A DNA stretch of 64,000 bases, taken from positions 14,998 to 78,997 of the forward strand of contig SVBE01000001.1 in assembly GCA_015059065.1 (NCBI GenBank), given 5' to 3'. Below the pieces are notes generated by a model. It was not told the origin of the DNA and did no database searches. It saw only the letters and a program-made list of their open reading frames with translations. Source of the stretch: Erysipelotrichaceae bacterium (GTDB lineage Bacteria > Bacillota_I > Bacilli_A > RFN20 > CAG-826). Position numbers and translations under genes: made by a program. How positions within the stretch are numbered: the first letter of the stretch is position 1; each line of letters opens with the position of its first letter. This document shows, piece after piece, positions 50,157 through 57,563 of the stretch.

Positions 50157-50206
50157 CCTCCTATATATAAAGAGGGCAAAAACGCGAAATTTCGACGCAG
50201 AAATTT
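50157..50206 (-). repeat. right copy of the 50-bp inverted repeat, upstream of the nuclease-like gene
   Basis: On the minus strand it reads AAATTTCTGCGTCGAAATTTCGCGTTTTTGCCCTCTTTATATATAGGAGG. It contains the 10-bp palindrome CGAAATTTCG and lies 33 nt upstream of the ATG at 50123. Confidence 0.85.
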
Positions 50207-50249
50207 ATTTTTTTGATTATTTTTTTGTCTATAAAATACTTTTATCGAT

Positions 50250-50912
50250 TTATCGATAAGAGAAAAGAGAGTCTAAGTAGTCCGCAAGCTCATCAGTGCC
50301 TTCATCTTTAATCGAACTAACTTTGAAAACTTTAGCATTTGGATTTCTTTTATGGATATTTGCTTCACATTTTTTAAAGTCAAAGTTGAAGACGGGTAGA
50401 GTATCAATTTTTGTTATAACCGCTATATCACTAACTTGGAACATTAAAGGGTATTTAAGAGGTTTATCGTCACCTTCAGGCACGGACAAAAGCATCATAT
50501 TGATGTTACTGCCTGTATCAAATTCAGCGGGGCATACAAGGTTGCCAATGTTTTCGAGTATTAAAATATCTAATCCTTCAACATTAAACTCATTTATTGC
50601 ATCATTAACCATCTGTGCGGTTAGATGACATGCTCCTGAGGTGTGAATTTGAATTGACTTAACGCCAGTAGCAGAGGATATTCTTTCCGCATCAACTTCT
50701 CCATCAATGTCCGCTTCCATCACGCCAATTTTGTACTTTTTCTTTAATTTATTGATGATATTTGTTAATAGAGTGGTTTTGCCACTTCCTGGTGAAGCCA
50801 TTACGTTAAGGAAGAAAATGCCTTTTTCTTTAAGCATTTTTCTCACCTCTTTTGCCTTTTCATTATTCTCAACAAGAATGTCTTCTTTAACTTTTACCAC
50901 CTGATATTCCAT
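50250..50912 (-). CDS. hypB: hydrogenase/urease-type nickel-insertion GTPase HypB (copy 1)
   Basis: 220 aa from ATG 50912 (SD GAGAGGT). [15 protein letters not shown] (CH metal motif), ENIGNLVCPAEFD, TKID. No His-rich or CxxCGC N-terminus. Confidence 0.88.
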   Translation of the reverse strand: MEYQVVKVKEDILVENNEKAKEVRKMLKEKGIFFLNVMASPGSGKTTLLTNIINKLKKKYKIGVMEADIDGEVDAERISSATGVKSIQIHTSGACHLTAQMVNDAINEFNVEGLDILILENIGNLVCPAEFDTGSNINMMLLSVPEGDDKPLKYPLMFQVSDIAVITKIDTLPVFNFDFKKCEANIHKRNPNAKVFKVSSIKDEGTDELADYLDSLFSYR

Positions 50913-51003
50913 ATAATAATTACCTCTCATACATAATATCATAAAATAATTAGTAGTTTTATTATTAAACATAGTTTACAATAAATACGTTAAGAAATTA
51001 GCA

Positions 51004-51678
51004 ATGAGTGAAATCAAGACTATCACAGTAAATCGTTCAGCTTATGCGGACAATGACGAGGAAGCAAATTTATTGAGAGAGTATCTCAAGAGCAAAGGAA
51101 CTTTTCTTGTGAATCTCATGTCTTCGCCTGGCGCGGGTAAGACTACAACGTTAATAGCTTTGATAAATGTCTTGAAAAAGCAATTTCGCATTGGCGTGAT
51201 GGAAGCGGATATCGATAGTGATGTCGACGCCATTTCTATCGCAAAGAATACAGGAGTAAAATCGATTCAGATTCATACTTCAGGAATGTGCCACCTTGAT
51301 GCAGGAATGACGAAAAGTGGACTTGACAGTATTGATATCAGCGATCTTGACCTTGTGTTCTTAGAAAACGTAGGTAATCTCGTTTGCCCAGCGGAATTCG
51401 ACACTGGAGCGAGTATGGACATGATGATCCTTTCCATTCCAGAAGGCGATGATAAGCCGTTAAAATATCCACTCGTATTTGAGAAATGTGATCTCGTTCT
51501 CATCAATAAGATTGACACTATATCATATTTCAACTTTGATATCGACAAGTGTAAACAAGCGATACTTCGAAGAAATCCTCACGCAACGATTATTCCTATT
51601 AGTGGTTTAACTGGGGAGAACATTGATAAAGTTGCAGAATATTTTAGTAATATCATTAAGAACTGGAAGGAGAAATAA
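51004..51678 (+). CDS. hypB: nickel-insertion GTPase HypB (copy 2)
   Basis: 224 aa. SPGAGKTTTL, GMCHLDA, ENVGNLVCPAEFD, NKID. Divergent from copy 1, separated by a 91-nt spacer. Confidence 0.9.
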   Translation: MSEIKTITVNRSAYADNDEEANLLREYLKSKGTFLVNLMSSPGAGKTTTLIALINVLKKQFRIGVMEADIDSDVDAISIAKNTGVKSIQIHTSGMCHLDAGMTKSGLDSIDISDLDLVFLENVGNLVCPAEFDTGASMDMMILSIPEGDDKPLKYPLVFEKCDLVLINKIDTISYFNFDIDKCKQAILRRNPHATIIPISGLTGENIDKVAEYFSNIIKNWKEK

Positions 51679-51681
51679 ATA

Positions 51682-54576
51682 ATGCCAGAACAATATTACA
51701 AACAAAAACCGCCATTCCAAGGTGAACAAGGCTACTCTTACGAAAAGAAATTGATCAAACTCTGCCGTAAGATTACTGACGTTGTTCCACACAAGTTATT
51801 TGGAATGACAACTAATGACCCAGAATATTTCGGTCTTAGAGAAGTTTTAACTGAGGAAATGATTGATGTTTTACTCAAATTAAAACAAAGAAAACATTAC
51901 ACATTTGAAGATTTGGTGAAGAAATTCCCCGAGATTGAACCAGCTAAGCTTCAAAAATTATTCGACGATATGTCCGTTATCGGTATTATCGAATATGACT
52001 ATGGTGATAATTATGCATGGGATCACCCATTAGAAGATAAACCAAAGATTAAGAGATATATGCTCTCTTATTTCGTTCCTGGCAGTGCAGAGTTGATGAA
52101 CTCTTCCGTTGACCGTATTGCTAAAAATCCAGCCGTTGCATCTTTCTTTGAAAGAATGACATTCGTTCCGCTTGCCGGTGTGACTGAAATGCTTCCTCCT
52201 GGTGGAGGTGGTGTTGGTATGCACGTCATCCCAGTGGAAAAAGCCATTGAAAATAACCAAGAAGCCATCGATGTTGAAAAGATTTCTCACTGGATGGATA
52301 AATACGAAGGTCATATTTCCGCAGGTATTTGTTCATGTCGTGCCTCCAGAGCGATGATCGGCGATGGATGTATCGATGATGTCGATGATTGGTGTGTTCA
52401 ATTCGGTGATATGGCCGATTATACTGTTGAAACTAATCGTGCGCATTATATTACAAAGGAAAGAGCGCTTGAGATTTTCCAAGCTGCAGAAAAGAATGGT
52501 TTCGTTCACCAAATCACTAACATCGACGGTGAAAACAAAATCTTCGATATCTGTAACTGTGACGTCAAGATTTGTAATGCTTTAAGAACAGCATTATTAT
52601 TCAACACTCCATACCTTGAAAGAAGTGCTTATTCTGCAAAGGTTGATAAGACCAAATGTGTGGCATGTGGTCAATGTGTCTCCAATTGTCCAGCTGGTGC
52701 TGTTAAATTAGGTCAAAAATTATGTAAGGGTGACGGCAAAGAGCAAGAATATCCTCTCTCCGTCTTACCAGATAAAATTAAATGGGGCAAATATGCATGG
52801 GATGAAAATTACCGTGATACTGCCCGTAAGAGTGATACTTGGGCTACTGGTACAGCTCCATGTAAGGTTGCTTGTCCAGCTCACGTCCCAGTCCAAGGAT
52901 ATTTACAAAAAGCCAAAGAAGGCAAATATGTCGAAGCTTTAGCGTTAATTAAGACTCAAAACCCATTCCCAGCAGTTTGTGGTCGTGTCTGTAACAAAAA
53001 ATGTGAAGAAGCTTGTACTAGAGGAAAAGTTGACGCACCAGTTTCTATTGATGCTGTCAAGAAATTCGTCGCAGACTTCGAGAGAAGCCAAAAAGATCGT
53101 TATATCCCAGAAAAGATTATGGCGACTTTACACGAAGAAGGCTTCCCAGAAAAGATCGCTATCATCGGTGCTGGTCCAGCTGGTTTATCTGCGGCCTATT
53201 ACTTATGTGAAATGGGCTTCAAACCAACAGTCTTTGAAAAGAATGAAAAACCTGGCGGTATGATGATGTACGGCATTCCATCATACAAACTTGAAAAAGA
53301 CGTCATTGAAGATGAAATTGATATCATCAGAAAGATGGGGGCTGAAATCAAGTGTGGTGTGGAAGTCGGTAAAGATGTAACAATCGCTCAACTTAAAGAA
53401 CAAGGCTATAAAGCCTTCTATATCGCAATCGGTTGCCAAGGTGGCAGAAGACCAAATGTTCCAAATGATACTGCAAAAGGCACTGATATTGCCGTCAGCT
53501 ACTTAAAGGGAGCTCTTGGCAAACAAGTTAAATTCACTGGTGATGTCGTTGTCGTCGGTGGTGGTAACGTTGCTATTGACTGTGTGAGAACAGCTCATAG
53601 ATTAGGAAGCAAGAATGTGCAAATGTTCGCTCTTGAATCAAGAGAAACAATGCCAGCTTCTAAAGAAGAAATTTCTGAAACACTCGATGAAGGAATTCTC
53701 ATCAACAATGGTTGGGGTCCAAAAGAACTTAAAGTCAACGCCAAAGGTGAAGTCACTGAAATCGTCTTCAAAAAATGTACTGCCACATTGGACAAAGATG
53801 GCAAATTCAATCCACAATATGATGAATCCGAAATCATGACTGTGAAAGCCGATAAAGTAATCTTCGCAATTGGCCAAGCTATTGAATGGGGTAACCTCTT
53901 AGAAGGAAGCAAAGTCACATTCTGGCATGGTAATTATCCACTCGCTGATAAGTTAACTTATCAAACTGCTGACGATGATATCTTCGTCGGTGGTGATGTC
54001 TTCACTGGTCCAAAATTCGTCATCAACGCGATTGCTGCTGGTCACGAAGTTGCCGATGCTCTCGCTAGACATGTTAGACCAAATGCCCATCCAACTATCG
54101 CCTTTAATAGACGTGGATTCACTCCTCTTAATAAAGATGATATTACTCTTCCAGGTTATGATGAAGCTGGTAGACAAGAAGCTGGTATGGACGAAAAGAT
54201 TGACCACAAGAACTCCTTCAAAGATGCCCATAAGACTCTTACTGAAGAACAAGTTCACATCGAGACAAGCAGATGTCTCTCCTGTGGTGCCGCCCATGTT
54301 GACTTCAACAAATGTATCGGTTGTGGTGTTTGTACAACTAAATGTAAGTTCGACGCCATCCACTTGGTGAGAGATCACCCAGAATGTTCCAATATGAAAC
54401 GTGCCGAAGATAAAGTTGGCACTCTCCTCAAATACGCTCTCAAACGCGAAGTTAAAATCTTGCTCCATTCCGGTAGCAAAGAAGCTCGCATGATGAGAAA
54501 GAAACGCAAGGAGTGGAACAAATACTACAAAACTGCCAAGAAAGAAAAACCTTGGACAGGTAACGCAGTAGAATAA
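51682..54576 (+). CDS. large multi-cluster Fe-S flavoprotein: unknown Cys-rich N-domain + ferredoxin + GltD/DPD-like FAD/NAD(P) module + C-terminal 2x[4Fe-4S] ferredoxin
   Basis: 964 aa. CSCRAS...C...C, then CVACGQCVSNCP, then CKVACPAH...CGRVCNKKCEEACTRG (GltD N-terminal clusters), IAIIGAGPAGLSAAYYL, VVVVGGGNVAIDC, and CLSCG...CIGCGVCTTKC. Confidence 0.85.
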   Translation: MPEQYYKQKPPFQGEQGYSYEKKLIKLCRKITDVVPHKLFGMTTNDPEYFGLREVLTEEMIDVLLKLKQRKHYTFEDLVKKFPEIEPAKLQKLFDDMSVIGIIEYDYGDNYAWDHPLEDKPKIKRYMLSYFVPGSAELMNSSVDRIAKNPAVASFFERMTFVPLAGVTEMLPPGGGGVGMHVIPVEKAIENNQEAIDVEKISHWMDKYEGHISAGICSCRASRAMIGDGCIDDVDDWCVQFGDMADYTVETNRAHYITKERALEIFQAAEKNGFVHQITNIDGENKIFDICNCDVKICNALRTALLFNTPYLERSAYSAKVDKTKCVACGQCVSNCPAGAVKLGQKLCKGDGKEQEYPLSVLPDKIKWGKYAWDENYRDTARKSDTWATGTAPCKVACPAHVPVQGYLQKAKEGKYVEALALIKTQNPFPAVCGRVCNKKCEEACTRGKVDAPVSIDAVKKFVADFERSQKDRYIPEKIMATLHEEGFPEKIAIIGAGPAGLSAAYYLCEMGFKPTVFEKNEKPGGMMMYGIPSYKLEKDVIEDEIDIIRKMGAEIKCGVEVGKDVTIAQLKEQGYKAFYIAIGCQGGRRPNVPNDTAKGTDIAVSYLKGALGKQVKFTGDVVVVGGGNVAIDCVRTAHRLGSKNVQMFALESRETMPASKEEISETLDEGILINNGWGPKELKVNAKGEVTEIVFKKCTATLDKDGKFNPQYDESEIMTVKADKVIFAIGQAIEWGNLLEGSKVTFWHGNYPLADKLTYQTADDDIFVGGDVFTGPKFVINAIAAGHEVADALARHVRPNAHPTIAFNRRGFTPLNKDDITLPGYDEAGRQEAGMDEKIDHKNSFKDAHKTLTEEQVHIETSRCLSCGAAHVDFNKCIGCGVCTTKCKFDAIHLVRDHPECSNMKRAEDKVGTLLKYALKREVKILLHSGSKEARMMRKKRKEWNKYYKTAKKEKPWTGNAVE

Positions 54577-54920
54577 TGCACGAACTTGGAATCGTTGTCC
54601 ACGTTGTCAAACAAGTCGAGGAACTCGTCAAAAAGAATAATGCGACAAAAGCATTAGAAGTGACTCTTGAAGTCGGCGAGGTCAGTGGGGTTGTTAAAGA
54701 ATATTTCGTCGATGCCTTTAATTGGGCAGCAAAAAGATCGGAATATATGAAGGAATGTAAACTCAATTATATTACCATTCAAGCAATCACATATTGTCAA
54801 GACTGTAAACATACATATCAGACGGTGAAATATGGTAAAGAATGTCCATACTGCCATTCTCCGAATACATATCTCACTACTGGTAAAGATGTGATGATCA
54901 AGGACATCAAAGTAATATAA
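54576..54920 (+). CDS. hypA: nickel metallochaperone HypA
   Basis: 114 aa. N-terminal MHE nickel site and a zinc site CQDC...CPYC. The ATG shares one nucleotide with the upstream TAA (TAATG). Confidence 0.9.
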   Translation: MHELGIVVHVVKQVEELVKKNNATKALEVTLEVGEVSGVVKEYFVDAFNWAAKRSEYMKECKLNYITIQAITYCQDCKHTYQTVKYGKECPYCHSPNTYLTTGKDVMIKDIKVI

Positions 54921-54926
54921 ATTAAG

Positions 54927-54953
54927 AAAGTAGGCCTCAAAACCTACTTTTTT
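54927..54953 (+). terminator. intrinsic terminator after hypA
   Basis: AAAGTAGG-CCTCAAAA-CCTACTTT followed by TTT. Confidence 0.8.
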
Positions 54954-55017
54954 AAAATATATGTATATTTAAAAATAACAAACTGGTTATAATAGAAAAA
55001 AAGGATGGTTTTTGATT

Positions 55018-55656
55018 ATGAAAAATTTGTTAGATAAAACCTATGATTTATTTGCTTCAAGACTGAATAAGTGGTTTATTCTAGCTGGCATTGCTTCCCT
55101 TGGATTAAACGCTTTGTTTACATTTATTGGTGGAGTGAGCTCACTTGGCAGCGAAGCATTTTATTATATTGTTCTTCTTGCTTTCCAAGCTCTTATTATC
55201 GTTGGCCTTATCGTTGGCCATTATCGAAACAAAGAACCTCTTTTATTCTTCGCATTTATCGCATTTCTTGTTTTATTAGCGCAGGGTAGTGTGGTAGGTG
55301 CTACATTCGGTGCAAGCGCTTTAGGCCAAGCAGACACTACCTATGTTTTAAGATGGGTATTTTCTTTGATTTATGCGATCGCCCTTGGCTGTTTCTTAGT
55401 CTGTATCCTTCTCGTTTACTTATTTAAAGTGAAAATGGTGGTTATCATTTTAAAAGCGAGCTTTTTCCTCTCTTTAATCTTTGGAGTTGTGGCTTGGATA
55501 TTTGGCATCGTCTATGCGGCCAATGGATATGGTTGGACTAACGCTATTATTCCTTTATTAGAAGTTGGCTCATTATTAATGATTCCTGGATTACTTGAAG
55601 AACTTCTTCCTGGCGAACTCGATGGCGAAAGAGAAGAAAAAGAATCTGAAGAATAG
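55018..55656 (+). CDS. polytopic membrane protein with an acidic C-terminal tail
   Basis: ~212 aa with about 6 TM segments and a tail GELDGEREEKESEE. No family recognised. Confidence 0.55.
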   Translation: MKNLLDKTYDLFASRLNKWFILAGIASLGLNALFTFIGGVSSLGSEAFYYIVLLAFQALIIVGLIVGHYRNKEPLLFFAFIAFLVLLAQGSVVGATFGASALGQADTTYVLRWVFSLIYAIALGCFLVCILLVYLFKVKMVVIILKASFFLSLIFGVVAWIFGIVYAANGYGWTNAIIPLLEVGSLLMIPGLLEELLPGELDGEREEKESEE

Positions 55657-55675
55657 ATAACAATCAGCATTAATG

Positions 55676-55706
55676 AAAACGGATAAATACAATCCGTTTT
55701 TTTATT
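55676..55706 (+). terminator. intrinsic terminator
   Basis: AAAACGGAT-AAATACA-ATCCGTTTT followed by TTTATTTTT. Confidence 0.8.
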
Positions 55707-55720
55707 TTTATTCATAGTTC

Positions 55721-55748
55721 TTGGAATTATTATCAATTCATTTATAAT
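55721..55748 (+). promoter_or_regulatory. sigma-70-type promoter TTGGAA-16-TATAAT, placed for a leaderless transcript
   Basis: -35 TTGGAA at 55721-55726 and -10 TATAAT at 55743-55748. The ABC gene ATG begins at 55755, 7 nt after the -10, and there is no SD. Confidence 0.55.
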
Positions 55749-55754
55749 GACTAT

Positions 55755-57563
55755 ATGATTACAGGTAAGTATATCAATAAATTCTATAAAAAATATTGGT
55801 ACATGTTCCTCTTTGGAGTACTTGTTTTAATCGCGGTTGACTGGATACAGTTATATATTCCACAGTTTACAGGCGATGTCGTTGATCGACTCGCTGACGG
55901 TTTTGTGACCGACGAAGATATTTCCGCAATTAGTTTGGAAGTGCTATGGATTTTATTGATTGCTTTTGGAATGTTTGTCGGCCGTATTTTGTGGAGAATA
56001 TCAATTCTTTTCACTGCGAGAAAAATTGAAGGTGAACTAAGAAGAGATATGTTTTTAAAAGCTGAGAAGCTTTCTGTTAATTATTATCATAATAATAAAG
56101 TTGGAGCGATTATGGCTTGGTTTACCAACGACCTAGAAACCATTGAAGAATGTTTCGGCTTCGGCACAGTCATGATTGTTGATAGCACATTCTTATTGAT
56201 GTTCTCATTGGTCAAGATGATTGTACTTGACCCATCTTTGACTCTCATTTCTATTATCCCAGTGGCCTTAATTGTTTTATGGGGTGCATTAGTGGAAAAA
56301 GTGATGTCAGAGAAGTGGGAATTGAGACAGAAGAGTTTTGATGACATCTATGATTATTCACAAGAAAACTTCACGGGAATTAGAGTAATTAAAGCTTTCG
56401 TTAAGGAGAACCAAGAGATATTGGCTTTCTCTAAAGTAGCCCGCCGCAGTCAAAAGATCGAGGTCGATGCAGCAAGAGTGTCAGTGGGCTTTGATGTCGC
56501 AATTGAAGTAATTATAGCTTTATGTTTTGCAGTTATTTTAGGCTTTGGCGGATGGTTTGTTTTAGCAGCTGTACAAGGTAACCCAATAGTAATACTCGGT
56601 CATGAAATATATTTAAGCGCCGGTAAGTTAGTAGAATTCACCGGATATTTTGATTCAATGATTTGGCCTCTTATTGCCTTAGGACAGATCGTCACAATGC
56701 GCGCTAGAGGAAAAGCAAGTGTGAAACGTATCTCTGAATATATGGAAACAGAGGAAGAAATACATGATAAAGAAGACGCTGTCGAATTTGATGTCAAAGG
56801 CAAAATCTCTTTCAATCATTTCTTTTTCACTTATCCAGAAAGTAAAAATGAAACATTGACAGATGTCAATTTAACCATTGAAGCTGGCGAAACAGTTGGT
56901 ATTATCGGAAAGATTGGAAGCGGTAAATCCACAATAGTTAATTCCTTATTAAGACTATATAATCTCGCTCCAAGGTCAGTGTTTATCGATGATGTTGATA
57001 TCATGGATATGAAAATATCTTGTGTGAGAGATAATATTGCGATTGTTCCACAAGATAATTTCCTCTTCTCTGATACAATTGAGAAAAATATTAATTTCTC
57101 TGATCGCACACGTAGTTTAGATGAGGCTATTGAAGCAGCCCAGTTTGCTGATGTTCACGATAATATTGTGGAATTTAAGGACCAATATCAAACAATCTCT
57201 GGTGAAAGAGGTGTTACTCTTTCTGGTGGGCAAAAACAACGTATCTCATTAGCGAGAGCGTATGCGAAAAACGCGCCAATTCTAATATTGGATGACTCTG
57301 TTTCTGCGGTTGACTTAAAAACAGAGGAAAAGATTTTAAAGAATATTAAAGAGCAACGAAAAGGTAAGACCACATTAGTGATTGCTTCTCGTGTATCAAC
57401 TGTTGCTCATATGGATAAAATCATGGTGATTAACGATGGGAAGATTGAAGCTTTTGCTTCGCCAAAAGAATTATCAAAGATTTCACCAACATACCAAAAG
57501 ATGGTTTATTTGCAAAGATTAGAGAAAGAAGTAGGAAGTGTAGCGCCATGGAAGAAGAATTAA
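55755..57563 (+). CDS. ABC exporter half-transporter (degenerate-site subunit of a heterodimer)
   Basis: 602 aa. 6-TM domain, GKIGSGKST, LSGGQKQR, and Walker B ILILDDS with Asp in place of the catalytic Glu. Confidence 0.9.
   Translation: MITGKYINKFYKKYWYMFLFGVLVLIAVDWIQLYIPQFTGDVVDRLADGFVTDEDISAISLEVLWILLIAFGMFVGRILWRISILFTARKIEGELRRDMFLKAEKLSVNYYHNNKVGAIMAWFTNDLETIEECFGFGTVMIVDSTFLLMFSLVKMIVLDPSLTLISIIPVALIVLWGALVEKVMSEKWELRQKSFDDIYDYSQENFTGIRVIKAFVKENQEILAFSKVARRSQKIEVDAARVSVGFDVAIEVIIALCFAVILGFGGWFVLAAVQGNPIVILGHEIYLSAGKLVEFTGYFDSMIWPLIALGQIVTMRARGKASVKRISEYMETEEEIHDKEDAVEFDVKGKISFNHFFFTYPESKNETLTDVNLTIEAGETVGIIGKIGSGKSTIVNSLLRLYNLAPRSVFIDDVDIMDMKISCVRDNIAIVPQDNFLFSDTIEKNINFSDRTRSLDEAIEAAQFADVHDNIVEFKDQYQTISGERGVTLSGGQKQRISLARAYAKNAPILILDDSVSAVDLKTEEKILKNIKEQRKGKTTLVIASRVSTVAHMDKIMVINDGKIEAFASPKELSKISPTYQKMVYLQRLEKEVGSVAPWKKN

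Noticed and set aside
43980-50206. Calling the bracketed module a transposon, ICE or prophage
   Set aside because: No transposase, integrase, recombinase, relaxase or phage structural gene is present. The inverted repeats sit in promoter positions, so mobility is left as an open alternative rather than a call.
50913-51003. NikR-type operator in the divergent hypB spacer (TCATAC half-site-like sequence)
   Set aside because: There is only one half-site-like hexamer and no inverted partner at a suitable spacing. It overlaps the SD and leader of hypB copy 1.
53953-54468. 171-aa minus-strand ORF, plus several 70-130-aa ORFs on both strands, inside the 964-aa oxidoreductase gene
   Set aside because: They are antisense or alternative-frame shadows of a gene with clear Fe-S and Rossmann motifs throughout. 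Their translations are low-complexity.
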